A DNA stretch of 51,982 bases, taken from Candidatus Nanopelagicales bacterium (lineage in GTDB: Bacteria > Actinomycetota > Actinomycetes > JAHEKZ01). Positions within the stretch are counted from its first letter, which is position 1. Every line of letters begins with the position of its first letter. The stretch lies in the NCBI GenBank assembly GCA_038316135.1, contig JBBQAL010000005.1, forward strand, positions 1-51,982, in the 5' to 3' direction. The notes under the pieces are model-generated. The model had not been told where the DNA came from, did not search any database, and saw nothing but the letters and a program-made list of their open reading frames with translations. Below, piece after piece: positions 1-8,398 of the stretch. Position numbers and translations under genes: made by a program.

Positions 1-1
1 G

Positions 2-619
2 GAAGCCATGTCGGAGATCGGTGAGTATCCCGACGTGGTGATCGGCTGCGTGGGGGGCGGCTCGAACTTCGCCGGGATTGCCTATCCGTTCCTGCATAAG
101 ACGCTGACCCAGGGGGTAAAGACAAAGTTCCTGGCCATCGAACCGAGCTCCTGTCCCACCCTGACCCGCGGCACGTACACCTACGATTTCGGCGACACCG
201 CCGGCATGACACCGTTGGTCAAAATGTACACGCTCGGTCACGACTTCGAGCCGGCCTCCATCCACGCCGGCGGCCTGCGCTATCACGGCATGTCCCCGAC
301 CATCTCGACCCTGGTGAACGCGGGGTACATCGAACCGCGCGCCTACGGACAGAACCAGTGCTTCGAGGCGGCGGTCATGTTCGCCCGCAACGAGGGGATC
401 ATCCCCGCGCCGGAGAGCAGCCACGCGATTCGCGCGGCGATCGACGAGGCGCTGGCCGCGAAGGAGACGGGGGACAAGAAGACCATCCTGTTCAACTTGT
501 CGGGTCACGGCCACTTCGACATGGCCGCGTACGACGCCTACCTCGGCGACCGAATGACCGACGAGCCGGTCACCGAGGAGCGCTTCGCGGCAGCCCTGGC
601 CACCGTCCCCGCGATCTGA
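2..619 (+). CDS. trpB: TrpB-like PLP enzyme (tryptophan synthase beta, TrpB2 type), 5'-truncated by window edge
   Basis: GCVGGGSN, HAGGLRYHG, PAPESSHA and FNLSGHGHFD motifs typical of TrpB2; frame open from base 2. Confidence 0.9.
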   Translation, partial: EAMSEIGEYPDVVIGCVGGGSNFAGIAYPFLHKTLTQGVKTKFLAIEPSSCPTLTRGTYTYDFGDTAGMTPLVKMYTLGHDFEPASIHAGGLRYHGMSPTISTLVNAGYIEPRAYGQNQCFEAAVMFARNEGIIPAPESSHAIRAAIDEALAAKETGDKKTILFNLSGHGHFDMAAYDAYLGDRMTDEPVTEERFAAALATVPAI

Positions 620-629
620 GGTCCTCCTC

Positions 630-658
630 CGCCCCGGGACGCGGAGGTCGCCGGGGCG
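630..658 (+). terminator. GC-rich hairpin after TrpB-like gene
   Basis: CGCCCCGG..GAC / GTC..CCGGGGCG inverted repeat about 10 nt after the stop. Confidence 0.5.
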
Positions 659-662
659 TATC

Positions 663-719
663 GGCGGATTTCGTGCGCTATTTGATCGCTCGAGGGCCCG
701 AAATCGCTGTAAATCCGCC
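663..719. repeat. REP-like imperfect palindrome
   Basis: GGCGGATTT (663-671) ... AAATCCGCC (711-719) with partly complementary inner arms and central CTCGAG. Confidence 0.45.
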
Positions 720-748
720 AATCCTCGCCCCGCCGGACTTTCTGGCTC

Positions 749-814
749 ATGTTAAGTACATTTGACATCGCGTCCGGTCTGCTTTACCTTTCCCGTGTCC
801 AACATTATTGACAT
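749..814 (+). promoter_or_regulatory. SigA-type promoter with two related 20-bp operator-like palindromes
   Basis: TTGACA 762-767, 17-bp spacer, TACCTT 785-790; ATGTTAAGTACATTTGACAT 749-768 and GTGTCCAACATTATTGACAT 795-814. Confidence 0.7.
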
Positions 815-826
815 CAGGAGAGCGTC

Positions 827-1258
827 ATGGGAGTCCGAGAGAAGAACGCCTGGGCGATGCTGGTCATCGCCATTGTGGGTGTCACCGTCTATCTGACACT
901 GCTGGCCATCAACCTCGATGGCGGCTCACTGACTGAAATCGGCTACCAGCCGTTGATGCTGTGGACGATCGGGCTCGGGATTGCCGCCGGGATCATCGTG
1001 CACCTCACGCTGTCGATTCGAGCCGGACTTGCTGGTGAGAGCCAGGACGCCGACGAGCGCGACCTACAGATTGAGCGCTTCGGCACCAACGTTGGCCACG
1101 CCTTGCTGGTCATCGGTGGTCTGGCCGGTCTGCTTATGGCCCTGGCCGAGTGGGACTGGTTCTGGATCGCCAACGCGCTCTACTTCGGCTTCGTCCTGTC
1201 GGCCATTCTCGAGGGCGTTGCCGAGGTCGTTGCCTATCGCAAGGGCGTTCCATGGTGA
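827..1258 (+). CDS. DUF2178-like 4-TM membrane protein
   Basis: AGGAG RBS; four hydrophobic segments; DERD motif between TM2 and TM3; coupled to an XRE gene. Confidence 0.75.
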   Translation: MGVREKNAWAMLVIAIVGVTVYLTLLAINLDGGSLTEIGYQPLMLWTIGLGIAAGIIVHLTLSIRAGLAGESQDADERDLQIERFGTNVGHALLVIGGLAGLLMALAEWDWFWIANALYFGFVLSAILEGVAEVVAYRKGVPW

Positions 1259-1479
1259 AGCCCACCACCATCACGAACCACATTCGGGCACTGCGCTTCG
1301 AACACGACGAGATGACCCAGGCAGAGCTTGGCAAGCAGATCGGGATGACCCGGCAGACGGTCATCGCGATCGAGCAGGGCCGCTACTCGCCCTCGCTGGA
1401 GACCGCCTTCCGTATCGCGCAGGTCTTCGGCGTCCCCCTTGACCATGTTTTCCAGTACAACCAAGGAGAAACCCCATGA
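1252..1479 (+). CDS. XRE-family helix-turn-helix transcriptional regulator
   Basis: MTQAELGKQIGMTRQTVIAIEQGRYSPSLETAFRIA HTH_3 signature; ATG at 1252 overlaps the upstream stop. Confidence 0.92.
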   Translation: MVKPTTITNHIRALRFEHDEMTQAELGKQIGMTRQTVIAIEQGRYSPSLETAFRIAQVFGVPLDHVFQYNQGETP

Positions 1480-2450
1480 GAGCGATCGTCCAAGATCAGT
1501 ACGGCCAGACCGACGTCCTGCGTCTGCGCACCGACGCCCCAACACCGCAGATCGACGAGGATGAGGTTCTCGTACGCGTGCACGTTGCCGGCATCAACGC
1601 CGCTGACTGGCACCTGATGACCGGCGAGCCCTACCCGGTTCGGCTGGTTATGGGGATGCGGCGCCCGCGCAACCCCGTCCTCGGCAGTGACTTCTCTGGC
1701 GTCGTCGAGGCCGTTGGCTCGGCCGTCACCGAGTTCTCGGTTGGCGAAGAGGTGATGGGTGAGGTCGAGCGCGGCGCGCTGGCCGACCTCGTCGCAGTCG
1801 CCGCCAAGCATGTCGTCCGTAAGCCGAAAAACCTGACGCATGACGAGGCGGCCGCGATCCCCATGGGCGCCCTGACCGCGCTGCAGGCAGTCCGAGACAC
1901 GGGACAGCTGCAGCCCGGCCAGTCGGTGCTCGTCAACGGAGCTTCCAGTGGCGTCGGCATCTACGCCGTACAGATCGCCGTCGCGATGGGTGCGAAGGTC
2001 ACGGCAATCTGCAGTGGACGCAACACGGAGATGGTTCGTTCCCTTGGCGCGTCGAGCGTCGTCGACTACACGACGGAGGACGTCGTCGCCACCAGCGAAC
2101 GGTACGACTTGATCATCGACATCATCTCAAATCGTTCGATCGCAGACTTCCGCAAGGTGCTCACTGAGCGGGGTCGCTACGTCCTGGTCGGGGCTGCCTC
2201 GTCGGGTAAATGGTTCGGGATGGGACGCCAGGCACAGGCTGTATTGACGTCACCGTTCGTGGGCCAGACGCTGAAGCCGATGCTCGCCGGCCGCAAGCAG
2301 GAAGACCTCGCGGCAATCGTCGACATGGTCGAGGCAGGCTCGATCTGCGCGGTCATCGACACCGTGTATCCGCTCGAGCAAGCAGCGGACGCCATCGCTC
2401 ACGTGCAGAAGGGGCACGCCCGCGGCAAGGTCGTCGTCGAGGTCAGCTGA
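1476..2450 (+). CDS. NAD(P)-dependent MDR oxidoreductase (quinone reductase/alcohol dehydrogenase family)
   Basis: GSDFSGVVEAVG, NGASSGVG nucleotide-binding loop, HARGKVV C-terminus; ATGA overlap with XRE gene. Confidence 0.9.
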   Translation: MRAIVQDQYGQTDVLRLRTDAPTPQIDEDEVLVRVHVAGINAADWHLMTGEPYPVRLVMGMRRPRNPVLGSDFSGVVEAVGSAVTEFSVGEEVMGEVERGALADLVAVAAKHVVRKPKNLTHDEAAAIPMGALTALQAVRDTGQLQPGQSVLVNGASSGVGIYAVQIAVAMGAKVTAICSGRNTEMVRSLGASSVVDYTTEDVVATSERYDLIIDIISNRSIADFRKVLTERGRYVLVGAASSGKWFGMGRQAQAVLTSPFVGQTLKPMLAGRKQEDLAAIVDMVEAGSICAVIDTVYPLEQAADAIAHVQKGHARGKVVVEVS

Positions 2451-2495
2451 AGGTGTCCTACCGCGAGCTGTGGGGAGCGGTCGCCACAGGCTGAG

Positions 2496-2547
2496 GAGTT
2501 TGGGTGCGGCAACTGCTGCCATGACGCCACTTGCCGCACCCAAACTC
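2496..2547. terminator. 17-bp perfect inverted repeat between convergent genes (terminator or REP-like)
   Basis: GAGTTTGGGTGCGGCAA 2496-2512 / TTGCCGCACCCAAACTC 2531-2547. Confidence 0.65.
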
Positions 2548-2558
2548 GACGTCTTGAC

Positions 2559-3827
2559 CTAGCGGGGCGCGATGACGTCGGTGCCGAGCGTCGCCTGCAG
2601 CGGCGCCGGTACGCGCACCGACCCGTCCTTCTGCTGATGGTTCTCGAGGATGGCGACGATCACCCGCGGGATCGCCACCAGCGTTCCGTTCAACGTGGCG
2701 ACCGGGCTGGTGCGGTCGCCATCGCGCATCCGGATGCCGAGCCGTCGGGCCTGGAACTCGGTGCAGTTGGACGTCGAGGTGACCTCGCGGTACTTGCCTT
2801 GAGTGGGAATCCACGCCTCGATGTCGAACTTGCGCGCGGCACTCGAGCCGAGGTCGCCCGTGGCAACGTCGATCACGCGGTAGGGGAGCTCGAGCTCGTC
2901 GAGGAACTGCTTCTCCCACGCGAGTAGCCGCTGGTGCTCGGCGACGGCGTCCTCCGGCTTGCAGAACGTGAACATCTCGATCTTGTCGAACTGGTGGACG
3001 CGGATGATGCCACGGGTGTCTTTGCCGTACGTGCCGGCCTCGCGGCGGAAGCAGGTCGAGATGCCGGCGTAACGCAGTGGAAGCGCGCTGGCGTCCAGGA
3101 TCTCGTCGGAGTGGTACGCAGCCAGCGACACCTCCGAGGTACCGACCAGGTAGAAGTCGTCCTGCTCGAGATGGAAGACGTTCTCTGCCGCCTGCCCGAG
3201 GAAGCCGGTGCCCTCCATGGCAGGTGGCTTCACGAGCACCGGCGTCACCATCGGGGTGAAGCCGGCAGCCACCGCCTGCTGGACGGCAAGGTTGATCAGC
3301 GCCAGCTCGAGAAGCGCGCCGGGGCCGGTGAGATAGAAGAACCGCGCGCCCGACACCTTGGCCCCGCGCTCGACGTCGATGGCTTCGAGCAGCTTGCCGA
3401 GGTCGACGTGATCACGCGGCTCGAATCCTTCTGCCGCAAAGTCGCGCGGCGTGCCGACGTGATCAAGGACGGTGAAGTCCGCTTCGCCACCGACCGGCGC
3501 ATCGGGCTCAACGACGTTGGAGAGCCGAAGCTGGACGCCACTGAGCGCTTCTTCGGCCGCACGCGCCGATGCCTCGGCCACCTTCACCTGACCCGAGAGC
3601 TCCTTGGTGCGCGCGAGCAACGCTTGCTTCTCGTCACCTTGGGCGGAGGCCACCTGCTTGCCGAGTGACTTCTGCTCTGACCGCAGCCGCTCGTAGCCAG
3701 CGATGGAAGATCTGCGCTGTTCGTCAGCGGCCAGAGCAGCGTCGACGAGCGAAGGATCCTCACCACGGGCCGACTGCGAGCGGCGTACAGCGTCTGGGTC
3801 GTCCCGAAGGATTTTGAGATCGAGCAC
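2559..3827 (-). CDS. serS: Serine--tRNA ligase
   Basis: N-terminal coiled coil, [47 protein letters not shown]; leaderless TAGGCT-N6-GTG. Confidence 0.98.
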   Translation of the reverse strand: MLDLKILRDDPDAVRRSQSARGEDPSLVDAALAADEQRRSSIAGYERLRSEQKSLGKQVASAQGDEKQALLARTKELSGQVKVAEASARAAEEALSGVQLRLSNVVEPDAPVGGEADFTVLDHVGTPRDFAAEGFEPRDHVDLGKLLEAIDVERGAKVSGARFFYLTGPGALLELALINLAVQQAVAAGFTPMVTPVLVKPPAMEGTGFLGQAAENVFHLEQDDFYLVGTSEVSLAAYHSDEILDASALPLRYAGISTCFRREAGTYGKDTRGIIRVHQFDKIEMFTFCKPEDAVAEHQRLLAWEKQFLDELELPYRVIDVATGDLGSSAARKFDIEAWIPTQGKYREVTSTSNCTEFQARRLGIRMRDGDRTSPVATLNGTLVAIPRVIVAILENHQQKDGSVRVPAPLQATLGTDVIAPR

Positions 3828-3906
3828 GAGGGAAGCCTACCGACCAGAGTGGTTCATCCTCGACAACGAATTGCGTCACCCGGTGGACAGTCGGCGGGTT
3901 CGGGGG

Positions 3907-5928
3907 TCAGCTGGGGGAGTGCGCAGACTCGACTGCTGACTCTGACTGGACCTCAGATGCGCTGGACTTGCTGGGCCGGCGCTGGAACGAGAGTTGGAAG
4001 AGAACATCGGGTAGGTCATCAGATGTGACCGGGCGCGACCACAGGAAACCCTGACCGATGTCGCAACCCAGCTCGCGCAGCCGCGCCGTGACTTCGGCAT
4101 CCTCGACGCCCTCGGCAACGACTTCGAGTCCGAACTCGTGCGCGAGGTCGACCATGGCCTTGACCAGTGTCGCGCCGGCAGGGTCGTCAGCGAGCCTCGA
4201 GGTGAATGAGCGGTCGATCTTCAGCGTCGAGAGCGGCATCTGCTCCAGCTGAGACATCGACGTGTACCCGGTACCAAAATCGTCAACAGCAAGGGTGACG
4301 CCGAGTGCTGCGATCTTGTGGAGCATCTGGTGACTGCGAATCGGGTCCTCGATCAGTGCGCTTTCGGTGACCTCGAGCTCGAGCCGCTCTGGCTCGATCA
4401 GGTGACTCGCCAAGATGTCCTCAAGGAACTCGTCGAAGTCCGGCTCGATCAGGTTGCGGGCCGAAAGATTCACGGCGACGGGCAGGTGGGCGAAGTCGGT
4501 GTCGAGTCGGTCCCACTCCGCCATCTGGGCACAGACCATCTCGAGCACGTAACGGGTGAGCCCCTGGATCAGACCGGTGTTCTCGGCAAGCGGGATGAAG
4601 TCGTTGGGCGGGATGTTGCCGCGTTCGGGATGCATCCACCGCAGCAACGCTTCGGTTCCCATCACCTGACCGGTGCCGAGGTCGATTTTGGGCTGGTAGT
4701 TGATGCTGAGCTGGCGGGTGCCGAGCGCGTTGCGCAGGTCACCGAGCAGTTGCAGCCGCTCCGTCGAGTTCCCGTCCTCGCCCTGGCGGTAGACCAATGC
4801 GCCGAGATGCGTGGCCTTAGCCGCGTACATCGCCGTGTCAGCGCGCTGCATGAGCTCGGTTGCGTTCTCGGCATGGTCAGGCAACAGGGCGATGCCGATG
4901 CTCGACTCAACGTGCAACTGCAGCTCGCCCACCTGGAACGGCTGGTCGAACGCTCCGTGCACCCGGCTCGCCAGCCGCTCGGCGTAGAGAAGCCCGCCGA
5001 CCTCAGGTGCGAGCACCGCGAACTCGTCACCACCGAGGCGGGCAACCGTGTCGGCGTCGCGCACCACCTCGTTCAGCCGCTTGGCGACTTCGATCAGCAG
5101 TGCGTCCCCGCGGTCGTGGCCGAGGGTGTCGTTGACCTCCTTGAACCTGTCAACGTCCAAGATCATCAGCGCCAGGTTCTTACCAGAGCGCTCCGATGCC
5201 GTAATCGCACGATCAAGGCGGTCCTGCAGCAGGCGTCGGTTCGGCAGCCCCGTGAGCGCGTCATGCAGCGCCAGGTGCTCGTTCTCAGATGCCTGCGAGC
5301 GAAGCGTTCCGCTGGCCCGGTGCACGGTGCGGAAGAGCAGCAGCCAGGCGAGCAGCGCAATGACGGTGATCACAGCTGCGACGGTAAGGACGGCGCGCCA
5401 GACGGCGGTCTCCGTCGTTTCCCACGGAATGTTGACCTGGGCGAAGCCGTAGACACCGGCGAGCCGGTCACCATAGACGACCGGGACCGTTACCTGCAGC
5501 GACCTGCCGGTCGCGCCGTCTACGACGGTAGAGACCGGGGACAAGACATCTTGGGCTTCAGCTGCCTTGCGCATGTCCAGCGCTGGAGCATCTTGCGGGT
5601 TGCCCATACTCGTCCACAGCGGCTCACCATCGACGCCGTACAACGAGAGGCTGTCGAGCACCTGGACGCTGTTGTCACGCGCCACCGTGTCGAGAGAACT
5701 GACGACAGCTGGTGCCACATCGGCAGGGTCCTGCCAGAAGGCGACGGCCTCGGTGTCGATCTTGGACTGGACGCCCTGCGACACGTAGATCTCGGCTATC
5801 TGCTCACCGTCACGCTGGGCCTGACGCTGCAAGGACGTGGCAACGAGCCAGGTCAGCACGACCGCGAGCAGCACCATGGTCGTCATGCTGACCACAGCGA
5901 AAGTCCCAGTCAGGCTCAATCGGCGCAC
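3907..5928 (-). CDS. Membrane-anchored GGDEF-EAL diguanylate cyclase/phosphodiesterase
   Basis: Two TM segments flanking a sensor region; HDALTGLPNR, RxxD I-site, GGDEF, EAL, DDFGTGY all intact. Confidence 0.93.
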   Translation of the reverse strand: MRRLSLTGTFAVVSMTTMVLLAVVLTWLVATSLQRQAQRDGEQIAEIYVSQGVQSKIDTEAVAFWQDPADVAPAVVSSLDTVARDNSVQVLDSLSLYGVDGEPLWTSMGNPQDAPALDMRKAAEAQDVLSPVSTVVDGATGRSLQVTVPVVYGDRLAGVYGFAQVNIPWETTETAVWRAVLTVAAVITVIALLAWLLLFRTVHRASGTLRSQASENEHLALHDALTGLPNRRLLQDRLDRAITASERSGKNLALMILDVDRFKEVNDTLGHDRGDALLIEVAKRLNEVVRDADTVARLGGDEFAVLAPEVGGLLYAERLASRVHGAFDQPFQVGELQLHVESSIGIALLPDHAENATELMQRADTAMYAAKATHLGALVYRQGEDGNSTERLQLLGDLRNALGTRQLSINYQPKIDLGTGQVMGTEALLRWMHPERGNIPPNDFIPLAENTGLIQGLTRYVLEMVCAQMAEWDRLDTDFAHLPVAVNLSARNLIEPDFDEFLEDILASHLIEPERLELEVTESALIEDPIRSHQMLHKIAALGVTLAVDDFGTGYTSMSQLEQMPLSTLKIDRSFTSRLADDPAGATLVKAMVDLAHEFGLEVVAEGVEDAEVTARLRELGCDIGQGFLWSRPVTSDDLPDVLFQLSFQRRPSKSSASEVQSESAVESAHSPS

Positions 5929-5935
5929 ACTGGGG

Positions 5936-5964
5936 CCATCGGCAGGAGTTTGGAGCGGGTTGAG
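5936..5964 (-). promoter_or_regulatory. Sigma28 (FliA/WhiG)-like promoter
   Basis: Minus strand CTCAA-N16-GCCGATGG, 7 nt before the GTG start at 5928. Confidence 0.55.
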
Positions 5965-5985
5965 GCTGTTCGAGCCCCGAGTAGA

Positions 5986-6933
5986 TCAGTGCCGACCCTC
6001 CCGGATCCGGGCCAGCCAGGCCTGTGCCTGCCGGAACTCCCCATCAGCCACTCCTCGGCGGATGACCGGCTGCCGGCCGTCCAGCCGCGGGTACGAGCCG
6101 AGGTACCGCACCTCCGCGCACACCCGGCGCAAACCCATCAGGGCCTCACCGACGCGGGCGTCGTCCAAGTGCCCCTCGACGTCCACCGAGAAGAAGTAGT
6201 CGCCGATCCCACCGCCGGTGGGACGGCTCTCGATCCGGGTCAGGTTGACCCCCCGCACGGCGAACTCGGTGAGAATCTCCAACAGGGCGCCTGGGTGGTC
6301 TTGCCCCATGAAGAGAACGAGCGAGGTCTTGTCCGCTCCCGTGGCCGGCTGCGGCGCCTGCGGAGTGCTGATCAGCACGAAGCGCGTCTCGGCCGGCCGG
6401 TCGCCGATGTCGGACGCGAGCTGGTCCAGCCCGTAGACCGCAGCAGCGAGCGGAGCCGCGATCGCGGCGTCGTGCTCGCCGTCGGAAACCATGGAAGCGG
6501 CCATCGCCGTCGACGGCGCGAAAGTGACGGGAACATCGGGCAGCTGCTCTGCCAACCAACGACGGCATTGTGCATGGGCGTGCGGGTGAGTCGTCACTGC
6601 GCGCACCTGCTTCAGCGTCGAGCCAGGGCGCGCCAGCAAGGAGAAGGTCACCGGAACTTGCGCCTCGGCAATGATCGCCAGGCCCGGACCGCCCGCCAAC
6701 GCGTCGATGGTTGCGGTGACCGAACCCTCGACGGAGTTCTCGAGCGGCACCATGGCCGCGATGACCTCGCCGCCGCGCACTGCGTCCACCGCGGTATCGA
6801 CGGTCGCGTATGGCACGACATCGACGGCACGGTCACCGAGCCACTGCAGCAGGGCGGCCTCGGTGAAGGTGCCTGCTGGTCCAAGAAAGCCATAGCGGGC
6901 GGCCGAACCTGAGGCAGCGTGATCAGAGGACAC
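5986..6933 (-). CDS. pheA: Prephenate dehydratase
   Basis: FLGPAGTFTE, PLENSVEGSV, TRF, ACT domain with NLTRIESRP, LGSYP. Confidence 0.97.
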   Translation of the reverse strand: MSSDHAASGSAARYGFLGPAGTFTEAALLQWLGDRAVDVVPYATVDTAVDAVRGGEVIAAMVPLENSVEGSVTATIDALAGGPGLAIIAEAQVPVTFSLLARPGSTLKQVRAVTTHPHAHAQCRRWLAEQLPDVPVTFAPSTAMAASMVSDGEHDAAIAAPLAAAVYGLDQLASDIGDRPAETRFVLISTPQAPQPATGADKTSLVLFMGQDHPGALLEILTEFAVRGVNLTRIESRPTGGGIGDYFFSVDVEGHLDDARVGEALMGLRRVCAEVRYLGSYPRLDGRQPVIRRGVADGEFRQAQAWLARIREGRH

Positions 6934-6967
6934 CAGGGGAGCCTATTGCAGCGGGCCGCCGCCGAAC

Positions 6968-7474
6968 CTACGAGCGCGGGTGGCTGGCTCGCGCGTAACC
7001 GATCACCTGCACTTCTTCTGGCGATAGTTCGGCTTCGCTGACACCACCCTTGACGCCCTTTGCATACGTGCGCGTCTCGCTACGGCCGTTGATCGAGCTG
7101 ACGACAACGCCGTCGCCACCATCGTCGAGGAGGGCTGCGGAGAAGGACATGCGTCCACCCATGTCGTTGAATGCGTCGTAGCGGACAACGGCAACGTGCC
7201 GGATGGCGTCTGCGAGATCAACGCGAAGTGTCTGGACGTCCGACGCCAGTGAACCCACCTCGGAACGCAGATGGGTGACCTCTTCGCCCTGGCGAGTGAC
7301 CGCGTCGAGGAACGACTCTGCATCACCACCCTGCTGCAGCGCGAGGTACTGGCGTCGCATGCGCCGGATGCGGAACGCCACGATCAGCGTCAGGATCAGC
7401 GCGAGCAGGGCAACGGCGGCACCAGCGATGGCAATCGCAGCGACGAGTTCAGGGTCGAGATCGAGCGCAGTCAC
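6968..7474 (-). CDS. DUF4446-family membrane-anchored protein
   Basis: N-terminal TM plus coiled coil; VRYDAF.DMGG..SFS.ALLD, GR.E.RTYAK, LSPEE motifs. Confidence 0.85.
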   Translation of the reverse strand: MTALDLDPELVAAIAIAGAAVALLALILTLIVAFRIRRMRRQYLALQQGGDAESFLDAVTRQGEEVTHLRSEVGSLASDVQTLRVDLADAIRHVAVVRYDAFNDMGGRMSFSAALLDDGGDGVVVSSINGRSETRTYAKGVKGGVSEAELSPEEVQVIGYARASHPRS

Positions 7475-7557
7475 AAGAATCCCAGCAGTCAGGGGAGGGG
7501 GAACCCCAGGCTAGCGAGCCCCGACGACCCCTCAACCCCCGGCGCTACAGTCCGGTC

Positions 7558-8166
7558 GTGGATCTGGCTGCGCTCCTGGTGACCTTTGCGCTGATCCTCC
7601 CCGCCGAACTCCCGGACAAGACCCTGATCGCAACGCTTGTCCTGTCCACCCGCTACCGACCCCTCATCGTGTGGCTCGGCGTCACGGCCGCGTTTGGCGT
7701 GCAGACCACGATCGCGGTGGCGGCCGGTCAGGTGCTCGGCCTGCTGCCAGAAACGCTCGTCCAGCTGGTCACCGCCGCTCTCTTCGCCCTGGGCTCAGTG
7801 CTGATGTTCCGGGGGGCCGGGCACATCGACCCCGGTGCTGAGGAGGTGGAGGAAGCCGAGGCGATCAATGCCGTGGTGCGCAAGGGCCACGGCAGAGCGT
7901 TCACCGTGTCGTTCCTGGTCCTCTTCGCGGCCGAGTGGGGTGACCTCTCACAGCTGACCACCGCCAGCTTGTCCGCCCGCTTCGACGCACCCGTGGAGGT
8001 CTGGCTCGGAGCCTGGCTGGCCCTCAGCTTGGTCGCTGGGCTCGCTGCTCTGGCCGGGAGGTGGCTCGTGGCGCATGTGCGATTCTCGGTAGTGCAGCGG
8101 ATCTCGGGAACTTTGCTCGCCGTGCTGGCGCTGGTGACGCTCACCGAGGCCGTCGGGATCTGGTGA
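7558..8166 (+). CDS. TMEM165/GDT1 (UPF0016) Mn2+/Ca2+ transporter
   Basis: Duplicated E-x-G/P-D-K/L-T/S motifs (ELPDKT, EWGDLSQ); leaderless TACAGT-N6-GTG. Confidence 0.9.
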   Translation: MDLAALLVTFALILPAELPDKTLIATLVLSTRYRPLIVWLGVTAAFGVQTTIAVAAGQVLGLLPETLVQLVTAALFALGSVLMFRGAGHIDPGAEEVEEAEAINAVVRKGHGRAFTVSFLVLFAAEWGDLSQLTTASLSARFDAPVEVWLGAWLALSLVAGLAALAGRWLVAHVRFSVVQRISGTLLAVLALVTLTEAVGIW

Positions 8167-8242
8167 AGCGACGGACGCCACACTGCTCAACCTTGATCGG
8201 CTGGCCCCTTGCACAGAGTGTGCAGTTGCCACCCCGATTCGT

Positions 8243-8296
8243 GAAAAGTTAAAGGTCCGAACGCCACCGACGGGGGATACAGTGACGTTCGGACCT
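8243..8296 (-). terminator. 17-bp stem with C-rich loop plus U-tract (intrinsic terminator; possible sRNA 3' end)
   Basis: Minus-strand AGGUCCGAACGUCACUG-UAUCCCCCGU-CGGUGGCGUUCGGACCU then UUAACUUUUC; two G-U pairs form only on this strand. Confidence 0.7.
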
Positions 8297-8398
8297 CGTC
8301 TACCTTGCACACATTCAGTGCCACCGCGCAACTCCTTCGGCGCAATTGACCAAGCCTTGACGAACGAGCATTCAGCATCTGTTCGGGCGTCGAATCGG

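Noticed and set aside
4318-6912. 864-aa plus-strand ORF and other long antisense ORFs (8282-9361, 16116-17696, 19401-21077, 33416-34837, 50303-51565)
   Set aside because: Shadow frames opposite clearly recognisable genes; expected in high-GC DNA; no motifs
7475-7557. yybP-ykoY Mn riboswitch expected before a TMEM165/GDT1 gene
   Set aside because: No matching motif seen and the gene appears leaderless
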